From Candidatus Spongiisociaceae bacterium (GTDB lineage: Bacteria; Actinomycetota; Acidimicrobiia; Spongiisociales; Spongiisociaceae): a stretch of DNA of 64,000 bases. Both the position numbers and the translations under genes were made by a program. The stretch spans positions 288,001 to 352,000 of the forward strand of contig OZ253564.1 of NCBI GenBank assembly GCA_965262915.1, given 5' to 3'. Position 1 is the stretch's first letter. Every line of letters starts with the position of its first letter. Below are positions 1-8,216 of this stretch, piece by piece. The notes beneath the pieces are model-generated. The model was given only the letters and a program-made list of their open reading frames with translations, did no database searches and was not told the origin of the DNA.

Positions 1-542
1 GCCCGACCGAGTATGGCTAGGGCGTCGCGATGGGCCAGGTCATCGAACGTTTCCAGGGCTGCAGGGTAGTACTCGCGCAGCGCGTTGCGCATCTGGTTGG
101 TGTGGCGGGTCCGCGCCCAGATCAGGTTCTGATGGGCACGGGCCATGATCTTGATGCCGTCCGCGTCTGGGCTGTCCCCGGCTACCGGACGGTGGTTGTG
201 ACGGTCGGTTCGTACCAGATCGGCTAACACCTTGGCGTCTCCTCGGTCTGATTTGGCTCCACCCTGGCGGTGACGGTCCCGGTAACGGGAAACTGCCATC
301 GGGTTGATCGCATACACCTGATAACCCGCCCCGACCAGAGCACCGACCCACAGACCACGGTCGGTCTCGATCCCTACCACCACCTCGGCCGCATCCGATG
401 CGTGTTTGGCGACCATCTCGTGCAAGCGGGCCACACCCGCCAGGCCCTCCGGTAGACGGGAGAACCCCAGGCGGGCTCCCTCCTCGTCCAGCAGATACAC
501 ATCGTGATGTCCCTCAGCCCAGTCGTTACCCACAAAGATCAT
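1..542 (-). CDS. IS110 family transposase (element A), 5' part, runs off the window edge
   Basis: Manual translation from ATG at 542: MIFVGNDWAEGHHDV...GIETDRGLW...AKSDRGDA (DEDD RuvC-like motifs); close paralogue of the gene starting at 3367. Confidence 0.92.
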   Translation of the reverse strand, partial: MIFVGNDWAEGHHDVYLLDEEGARLGFSRLPEGLAGVARLHEMVAKHASDAAEVVVGIETDRGLWVGALVGAGYQVYAINPMAVSRYRDRHRQGGAKSDRGDAKVLADLVRTDRHNHRPVAGDSPDADGIKIMARAHQNLIWARTRHTNQMRNALREYYPAALETFDDLAHRDALAILGR

Positions 543-559
543 CCTTCGCCCCTTCCTTG

Positions 560-786
560 CGCGGGTCCACTCTCTGCTGAGCTGTGGAGAACGCCTGGCG
601 GCGACCTAGCAGATCAGTGCTCTGTGGCACGCCACCCCCTCAGCGCTACAAGCAGCCCTCACTCACCGGCCGGGGCACGATCTATCAGCAGGAATCAACG
701 TTCCAGGAGCCTGGAGTACTCACCGGCCAGCCAGCTCAACCACCACACCCTCCCAGAAACACCGGCAGAAGTGGTGGACCCCCATT
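560..786 (-). ncRNA. Predicted IS110 bridge RNA in the non-coding left end of element A
   Basis: ~230 nt leader conserved with 3385-3609; internal AGGAGCCT (705-712) is identical to the element's flank (787-794). Confidence 0.7.
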
Positions 787-882
787 AGGAGCCTTGTGGA
801 AGGTCCGCACCGTGAGTGTACTGTCCGCCGCTTCTTGCCAGGAACCCGTTTTGGTAAACGGTAGTCCACGGGGAGGTGGTTC

Positions 883-2112
883 ATGTCGGAGGATCGGGTT
901 GATGTTTTCGGTGGGGTTGACACCCATCGGGACACGCATGTCGCGGCGGTGGTCGATGGCGTCGGTCGGGTGGTCGGCTCCGAGCCGTTCGGGGCCGACC
1001 ACACCGGATATAGGCGGATGGCGGCGTGGATGCAAGCGAAGGGGCAGCTGGTCCGAGTCGGGGTGGAAGGAACGGGTAGCTACGGCGCGGGGCTCGCCCG
1101 TTACCTGACCGAGGCGAACATCGAGGTGGTCGAGGTCATGCGTCCCAACCGGCAACTACGCCGCCGGAAGGGCGGCAAGACCGACAGCGTCGACGCCGAG
1201 GCGGCAGCCCGGGCGGCCGCCTCAGGTGAAGCAACCGCAGTTCCCAAATCCGGTGTGGGACCGGTCGAGTGTCTCCGGATGCTGCTGGCCGCCCGCCGCT
1301 CCGCGACCAAGGCCCGCACCCAGGCCGCCAACCAGATCCACGCCCTGGTGGTCACCGCCCCAGAGCCGATAAGACACCAACTGGCGGGCAAGAAACTCAG
1401 AGCACAGGTCAAGGTGTGCGCCCGCTGGCGTCCCGGCGAAGCACAGACCACCGTCGCGTACGCGAAAAGGGCGCTGCGCCACCTGGCCCGCCGATACCAG
1501 ACCCTCGAGGTCGAGATCACACAACTCAAGCGCGAGATCAGAGGTCTATGCGCCCAGGCCAACCCGGCGCTGCTGGGCGCCCCAGGCGTCGGCCCTGACA
1601 CAGCCGCCGCGCTGCTGGTCGCTGCCGGCGACAACCACGGGCGAATGAAATCGGAAAGGTCGTTCGCAGCGTTATGCGGATCCAGCCCCGTGCAGGCATC
1701 ATCAGGCCAGACAGTGCGGCATCGTCTCAACCGGGGAGGCAACCGCAAAGCCAACAACGCTCTGTGGCGGATAGCCACCACCCGGATACACAACGATGCC
1801 CGCACCCAAGCCTATGTAGCCAAACGAGAAACCGAAGGCAAGAACCGCAAAGAGATCATCCGCTGCCTCAAGCGGCACATCGCCCGAGAAATCTACCGGC
1901 TCATCACCAACCCGCCCCCAACCCCGGACTACACCCGCCTGCGCGCCCTACGCCAACAAGGAGGCATCACCATCACCCAGGCCGCCGAAGAACTCCGAAC
2001 CCGCCCGGCCCGTATCTCAGAACTAGAACTCGGCCGCAACCACAACCACCAGCTAGCAACCCAATACCAGAGGTGGCTCCGAACCCGCCAACCGGCCCCG
2101 TCCCCGATTTGA
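883..2112 (+). CDS. IS110 family transposase (element B) with C-terminal XRE-like HTH
   Basis: GGVDTHRDTH, GVEGTGSYG, KTDSVDA, SSG..RHRLNRGGNR motifs; right end TTGACA-ACCATAGGAGCATC. Confidence 0.95.
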   Translation: MSEDRVDVFGGVDTHRDTHVAAVVDGVGRVVGSEPFGADHTGYRRMAAWMQAKGQLVRVGVEGTGSYGAGLARYLTEANIEVVEVMRPNRQLRRRKGGKTDSVDAEAAARAAASGEATAVPKSGVGPVECLRMLLAARRSATKARTQAANQIHALVVTAPEPIRHQLAGKKLRAQVKVCARWRPGEAQTTVAYAKRALRHLARRYQTLEVEITQLKREIRGLCAQANPALLGAPGVGPDTAAALLVAAGDNHGRMKSERSFAALCGSSPVQASSGQTVRHRLNRGGNRKANNALWRIATTRIHNDARTQAYVAKRETEGKNRKEIIRCLKRHIAREIYRLITNPPPTPDYTRLRALRQQGGITITQAAEELRTRPARISELELGRNHNHQLATQYQRWLRTRQPAPSPI

Positions 2113-2149
2113 CAACCATAGGAGCATCCCCAGGCGCGTAATTGTCAAG

Positions 2150-3367
2150 CTGCGGCTTGGTTGATGGTGGTTCGGTGTGCCCAGGCGGTGTGTTCGTTGT
2201 GGGGGGTTTGGTGTTTGAGGCAGCCGTGGAGGATGCCTACGAGTCGGTTGGCTAGGGCTCGTAGTGCTTGGTGGTGGAGGTCGCCTGCTGCTCGTTTCTG
2301 GTCGTAGAAGGCTCGGGCTCCTGGGCTTGGGGTTAGGGAACAGAACGCCCATTGGTCCAGGGCGTTGGGGAGACGCCGCTTTTCGGACGTGGCGGGCGAC
2401 GACGGCGTGTTTGCGGCCTGACGCGATGGTGATGGGCGACGTTCCGGCGTAGTTTCTGCGAGACTTGGCGCTGGTGTAACGGTGGGGGTCGAACCTCGAA
2501 CTCACCGAGCGCCCGGGCGCCGAGCACAGTACCGAGTCCTGGCTGGGAGAGGTAGATCACGGCGTCCGGGTGCTGCTCAAAACGGGTCTGGAGGGTCGCT
2601 TCGAGTTCGGTGATCTGGCGGTTGGTTTCCACAATGATCCTCACCAATGACGCGACCGTCGCCCCGTAGGCGTCCTCGACCCGCCCAGCTGCTCTGAGAT
2701 GGGCGCCTCGTAAACCCGCTTGGATACGGCGGGCGGTCGCATCGAGGTTGCGTTGCCGTCCACCTCTTTTGAGCGCAGCCCGGATCTGGGTGATGGTCAG
2801 GCGGGCCCCTGTGCTGGGGGTGGGTGCCCGACCCAACACGGCTAGGATGTCGCGATCTGCCAGGTCCCCGAAGGTTTCAAGGGCTGCCGGATAGTATTCA
2901 CGTAGCGCGTTGCGGACCCCGTTGGTGTGGCGCACCCGAGCCCAGATCAGGTTCTGATGCGCTCGTGCTGTGATCTTGATGCCTTCCGCCCCGGGGCTGT
3001 CGCCAGCCACTGGACGATGATTGTGACGGTCGGTGCGTACCAGATCCGCTAACACCTTGGCGTCCCCGCGGTCGGACTTGGCTCCGCCCAGGCTGTGACG
3101 GTCCCGGTAACGGGACACCGCCACCGGATTGATTGCATACACCCGATAGCCGGCTGCGACCAGCGCGGCGACCCAAAGGCCGCGATCGGTTTCGATCCCT
3201 ACCACCACCTCTCCAGCATCCGATACGTGCTTGGCGACCATCTCATGCAACCTGGCTACACCTTCCAGGCCTTCTGGTAGACGCCGGGCAGCAAGTTTGG
3301 TTCCACCCTCGTCCATCAGACACACATCGTGATGTGCCTCAGCCCAGTCATCTCCCACAAAGATCAT
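2150..3367 (-). pseudogene. IS110 family transposase (element C), frameshifted near 2500 and 2390
   Basis: MIFVGDDWAEAHHDV N-terminus; the C-terminal NYAGTSPITIASG motif lies in another frame (ORF 2053..2505). Confidence 0.88.
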
Positions 3368-3384
3368 CCCTTATCCTCCCTTGC

Positions 3385-3609
3385 TCGGGCCTGCTCTTGC
3401 TGAGCTGTGGAGGAAACGCCTGGCGGCGACCTAGCAGATCAGTGCTCTGTGGCACGCCACCCCCTCAGCGCTACAAGCGGCCTCACCAACCGGCCGGGGT
3501 ACGATCTATGTTCAGGAATCAGCGTTCCAGGAGCATTCGGTACTCACCGGCCGGCAGCTCAACCACCACACCCTCCCAGAAACACCAGAAGAAGTGGTGG
3601 ACCCACATT
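3385..3609 (-). ncRNA. Predicted IS110 bridge RNA in the non-coding left end of element C
   Basis: Conserved with the element A leader; internal AGGAGCAT (3529-3536) and CTATG (3506-3510) correspond to the two flanks (3610-3617 and 2117-2121). Confidence 0.75.
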
Positions 3610-4086
3610 AGGAGCATCCGGGGCGGTTCATTCATGTGAGGTGGTCTGCGTTGCCCAGGGTCGAGGCCGCCATCGCCTAGGCTCGGCCCTACCGGGACTG
3701 CGGGTTTCGGGTCCGGCATCCAGTACTACCCATGGGCGTTCGCGATGGCGCAAAACGCCAGGTCAAAGGGAAGCGTGCGCGGAATCATGCGCGCATGGGT
3801 CGAAACGCGCACGCCCCGCGGCTGCGTTTGGGTCTGCATTGACCGAGCAGGCGTTCGGCGGCCTTGTCGAATCCAAAGGGAGGTCACTTTTTGAAACAGC
3901 GGGGCGGGGGCGGCAAGGCAAATGATATCTCACCTTGAACAATACTTTGTTTAATTACGTATTTGTAATTACAAAAATGTATGGTTGCGCACAGAAGATA
4001 GTCTCGACTAAACTCTAGCCCAAAGAGATCGGAGACTTGACATATCCTGATACCTGTGCTATTAGAAGGAGAGGAGGTGCCCGCCG

Positions 4087-4329
4087 ATGTCGGAAAAATC
4101 AGAAGCACATCGTAATTACGAAGTTTTCGCCAGACTGTTGCCTGACTTGGCGGAGACCCATGCTGATAAGTGCGCTCTGTTGCACGATGGTGAGTTGGTC
4201 GAGATTTTTGATACCAACGCTGATGCACGATTTGCAGGGAGGACACGATTCGGCAGAGGTAAATTCTCGGTACAACGGATAACTGCTCGTCCGGCTGACC
4301 TGGGATGGTTCTCCCATGTATCGGCATAG
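4087..4329 (+). CDS. Small DUF5678-like protein
   Basis: Strong RBS GAGGAGGT; 80 aa with NYEVFARLLPDL..H.DK.ALLHDGELV pattern; overlaps the next gene. Confidence 0.65.
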   Translation: MSEKSEAHRNYEVFARLLPDLAETHADKCALLHDGELVEIFDTNADARFAGRTRFGRGKFSVQRITARPADLGWFSHVSA

Positions 4330-4726
4330 CGGGACGTGGACGGAACGAGACGGCGCTATTATAGAGGTAGGACTCTTCGTCGGGGAATGGAGGGCCTTCG
4401 AGGATATACCCCGATTCCAGGCGATGATTGATACAGGGGCCGAGGAAACCTGCATCTCGAGAACAGCAGCCGCCTTGCTGGGGATACGCGACGAACCGAT
4501 AAGCATTCGTCGCGTATCCACGCCCGGCGGAGCGGCCGAACTCAATGTCTACGAAGTCAATCTGGTGTTTTTCTTAGACCCGTCATATCTCCAAATGCGC
4601 GAACAGGAAGTGGTAGAAACCAAATCTGACGCGGATCAGTGGGATGTCCTGCTAGGGCGGGATATCCTCAAGGACGCGATCTTCTTTATGGACTTTTCCG
4701 GTCGATTCACCCTTGCCTATGCCTGA
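4316..4726 (+). CDS. Retropepsin-like (clan AA) aspartyl protease
   Basis: AMIDTGAEETCIS catalytic motif and LLGRDIL motif. Confidence 0.88.
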   Translation: MYRHSGTWTERDGAIIEVGLFVGEWRAFEDIPRFQAMIDTGAEETCISRTAAALLGIRDEPISIRRVSTPGGAAELNVYEVNLVFFLDPSYLQMREQEVVETKSDADQWDVLLGRDILKDAIFFMDFSGRFTLAYA

Positions 4727-5088
4727 GTCTTCGTCTGACCCTAGGTCTAATTCGCGACGTAGTTCCCTGCGACTTGGCCCGAGCCCAGGGGAGCAACCCA
4801 GCAACAGTTGGGCGAGCGGATGGGCATCTCTCCCCAGGCAGTCCATCACTACTGGACATCCCGGTAGCACCCAGCCTGTTGCCCTGCTGGGTGGCTCTGA
4901 TGTGTGATGATCGGAACTGGTTGTTCACCTGGGGTCGGCAGCGCTCAGCCAGCCTATTACTGAGATAGCCCCCTGTGGGGTGTGATATCATCGCGGTGGT
5001 TGGATGCCAGCAGACCGCCTAGTCTTCCGATGACGATTCTGCTCACCGCCACCGACTTTCCAACCGCAGACTGTGACCGTTGATAAGC

Positions 5089-5105
5089 GGCTCTTCGGAA
5101 ATGAG
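5089..5105 (+). repeat. ISL3-type terminal inverted repeat, interrupted by a mini-element
   Basis: GGCTCTTCGGAAATGAG is identical to the ISL3 ends at 23358 and 57071. Confidence 0.75.
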
Positions 5106-5301
5106 ATGCTTCTATGTGTCTATCAGGTCACATCCGCTTCGAAGCCGAACCCCGCCCCGGACCGGGGGACAGGCCGACAGATCCCCAGCAAGGCAACACA
5201 CGCGCCGGTGTCTAGTCGGGTCAGACCCGCCCCCCGGTCACAGGGGACCACCCCGATCATCGCAGCAGCCCCCAAGAAAACAGGGCACCCTCCAGTATGA
5301 G
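5102..5301 (-). mobile_element. ~200 bp non-autonomous IS110-like mini-element, copy 1
   Basis: Highly similar to 53505-53699 in inverted orientation; TGAG repeated at both ends; no credible ORF. Confidence 0.65.
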
Positions 5302-5419
5302 TGATTTTCGCTGGTCGCCATCAGGGACTCTGGTCGTGGGCGGCGCCCCGGTGCTGGTGTGAGCCGCAGTCGGCGCCGCGGCGGCAGTGGTGGGCGCCGC
5401 GGCCGTTCTGGCCGGTCGA

Positions 5420-8200
5420 TCACAAATGGGTGACGTTGTATTCGATTCCGAGCTGGCGTAGGCCTTCTTTGACAGTCAGGTCGAGAGTGTTTTGCTTGAT
5501 GCCCTCGGGGTGGGAGGCGTTGATGGTGAGGGTGACTGTGACGGAGGCTCCGGTGGCTACAAGCGGTGAGACGGCAACCTTGACGACGTCGCGGATCCTG
5601 TCGGCGGGGACCTGGCTTGCGGTGACGACCACGCTGGTTGGGTCACCAGTCGGGTGAGTCTCTTCATGGTCGCTGGGGTGTGTGCTCTTTGATCCGGCGT
5701 GAGTTTCTGTGGTGGTGGAGGTCTCGCTGTTGGAACTTGGCTGGTCTTTAGGTGTGTGGTCGCGGATCAATTTGGTGATGGCGGCGGCTCGAACTAGCCA
5801 GGTGCCGAGTTGGAACTGGATCTCTGAGGGGTCGATGTCGGTGTTGAAGCGACGCACGGCGTCTGCTGCGTACCAGGTGGCTCCTGATGCGAGCCCGAAG
5901 ATGCCGTTGGTGGCGCCGCGGGCGAGGCAGTCTCTGAGCACGTCGGTGCTGGCGAGTTTGGGCAGGCGAGGCAGGCGGTAGAAGTAACTGAGCAGTTTGT
6001 GCAGCTCGACGGCTTCGTTGTCGGGGCCGATCAGGCCGTAGCGTTCCGATAGCAGCGCGGCCGGCGCCAGCTTAGCGAGCGCCAGCCGTTGGCCGGTGGT
6101 GAGGTGTTCGATGACGCGCTTGGTGATCGTGTCGCTGCCTCGGGCGGGGCCGAGATCGACAAGGTTGAAGCGGATGCCGCCGTTGCCGTTGGGGCCGAGT
6201 GTTGCCAGGTGCCGGTAGGCCATGACGACGAGTCGTGGGAGGCTGGCTTCGGCGTCTCTGAGACGCGCCGCGAGCTGTTCCTTCTGTTCTTGGTTGAACC
6301 GCTTGAGCCGCGTGTGGTCGTTGGTGATGTCTCTCATGGCGGCGAGAGTGCGGGCGGTCTGACGCGCCCTGGATATGCCGACGCTGTCGGCGGCGACGAC
6401 GACTAGAGCGTTCTTGTTGACTCGGGCAGAACTGCCCCGGTTGTTGAGGATCTCTTCGGCGGACGCGCGCCCGTCTCCGTCGATGGCTAGTTCTGCGCTG
6501 AGAATGGCCAGAGTGAGGCGGGGTTCGTCCGCGACGTCCATCGTCTCCGCGACATTCGTGTTGACGCGAAACGGCTCCAGCGTGGGAGCCGCGACAGCGG
6601 TGGCTTCTCGGAACAGTTGCAGGATGCGGCCGTCACTGACGGCTCCTTCCCGCTCGACTATGACCTTGTTGAGGTTCGGTTCGGTTGTGAACCGGTAGCG
6701 GTCGCCTTCTTGGCGCATGTACCAAAGCGACCCGGCGAGCGCGTCGCGCACGTCTTCGATGATGCCCCGCGAGAGACCCGGCCGGCCGACGCCGATGAGC
6801 ATTTGAGCTGCGGAGGCTCCTAGGACCCGGTCGGAGCCGAAGCTGTGCAGGAACGCCGACGTGGCGAGCCCTACCGCAGCGCGGTGCCGAGCAATGTCGC
6901 CTCCGCGTCGGCGGTCCTCTTCGACAGCTTTGGAGTCGCCTCGGATGATGTCGGCGTTCAGCGCCGACTTGTAGGACTCCCCGGCGAAGCGGATGATCTC
7001 GGCCCGCACACCGGCGTCGTCGAGGGGCACGTCGCCGCAGCAGATGAGCGTTCCGGCGTGTTGGCGCAGCGTCAGGGCCTTCACGGTGTGAGCCAGCGTC
7101 CGGAGCGCCCCGCGGGTTCGCTGGAAACCCGACAGCGACCCCCAGCGGTTGGTCAGGATGTCGATCAGTTCGGGATGGAAGGGGTAGGAACTGACGATTC
7201 GGCTCCTGTAGGCGGGGTCGCGGTAGGACTGTGGCACAACGTCGCCCAGCTGTTCGTAGTAGGCGCCGTAGGCGTCGGCCACGGCCTGCCGCTCCGCTAG
7301 TTCACCGACTGCCTCGAACAGACGCGTGTGCAGGATCGGGAAGATGTCGTCGCCCTCGACGGGAGTGACGATGTTCTCGGTGCGTCCCACCACTTTGGAG
7401 AGCCGCTCGAACATCTCTTCTCCGGAGAGGGACGAGTAGTCCTCAAGCCGTGACGAGGTCAGGGTGGCCACGATCGCCGCACCGGGAACGTTCGCGGCGG
7501 CCGTGCAGAGTTCCTTGATGACGGTGAGGGTGGTTCCGGCCAGGTTCCCGTCGCCGACTCTCACCGACAGCGCCTTGTTGAGGTACTCGAGGGTCTCGTC
7601 GAGCAGAACGAGGCACGGCGCGGAGTTCTGTAGCAGCCGCACGATCTCAGGGGTGGAAGTCCCGAGCAGCCTCTCGTCTTGGTCGCGTATCTGGGCGTGC
7701 GCCGAGGAGCCGCCAAGCTGCCACGCCAGATGCCCGAGCAGCGAGTGAACCCGCGTTCCGTCGGGCATCTGTTCTGGAGTGACGCCGAGAGCGGAGCCGT
7801 CGAGCACAGCCACATTCGCCTTTGGGAGCGTCGCGGCCTTGAGTGCGCCGACGACTTGTCGGCCCAGCGGCGTGCGGGCCACCTGGTGCGGATCGCGGAA
7901 GAGGTGGTAGGCCGCGAGGAGAGTGTGGGTCTTGCCTCCCCCGAACTCGGTCTGCATCCGGTGAACCGCAGCAGACGAGGTGTCGCCGGCGAGGCGGTTG
8001 CCGATCTCGACGAGAGCGGCCTGCAGGGGCTCTGTGAGGTAGGTTTTGTCTGCGAAGATCTTGGGGTCGAGATAGTCCTTGGGGCCTAGGCCGCGGGCGG
8101 CGAGTCCCAGGTCGGCGGCGAATAGCGACTCGTCGAAGGAGCCGTCGCTGATGTCGGTGTGCGGCCGGGCGACTTCAAGCCATGGTCTCAGGTCGGTCAT
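5420..8200 (-). CDS. DUF499 AAA+ ATPase (HmaC / Gao RL-type)
   Basis: PW..VARPH.DI..G.FDES.FAADL N-terminus, FGGGKTH Walker A, LLDE Walker B, YPFHP, FQRTRGALR. Confidence 0.9.
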   Translation of the reverse strand: MTDLRPWLEVARPHTDISDGSFDESLFAADLGLAARGLGPKDYLDPKIFADKTYLTEPLQAALVEIGNRLAGDTSSAAVHRMQTEFGGGKTHTLLAAYHLFRDPHQVARTPLGRQVVGALKAATLPKANVAVLDGSALGVTPEQMPDGTRVHSLLGHLAWQLGGSSAHAQIRDQDERLLGTSTPEIVRLLQNSAPCLVLLDETLEYLNKALSVRVGDGNLAGTTLTVIKELCTAAANVPGAAIVATLTSSRLEDYSSLSGEEMFERLSKVVGRTENIVTPVEGDDIFPILHTRLFEAVGELAERQAVADAYGAYYEQLGDVVPQSYRDPAYRSRIVSSYPFHPELIDILTNRWGSLSGFQRTRGALRTLAHTVKALTLRQHAGTLICCGDVPLDDAGVRAEIIRFAGESYKSALNADIIRGDSKAVEEDRRRGGDIARHRAAVGLATSAFLHSFGSDRVLGASAAQMLIGVGRPGLSRGIIEDVRDALAGSLWYMRQEGDRYRFTTEPNLNKVIVEREGAVSDGRILQLFREATAVAAPTLEPFRVNTNVAETMDVADEPRLTLAILSAELAIDGDGRASAEEILNNRGSSARVNKNALVVVAADSVGISRARQTARTLAAMRDITNDHTRLKRFNQEQKEQLAARLRDAEASLPRLVVMAYRHLATLGPNGNGGIRFNLVDLGPARGSDTITKRVIEHLTTGQRLALAKLAPAALLSERYGLIGPDNEAVELHKLLSYFYRLPRLPKLASTDVLRDCLARGATNGIFGLASGATWYAADAVRRFNTDIDPSEIQFQLGTWLVRAAAITKLIRDHTPKDQPSSNSETSTTTETHAGSKSTHPSDHEETHPTGDPTSVVVTASQVPADRIRDVVKVAVSPLVATGASVTVTLTINASHPEGIKQNTLDLTVKEGLRQLGIEYNVTHL

Positions 8201-8216
8201 GGGTCGGGCGCCTTCC

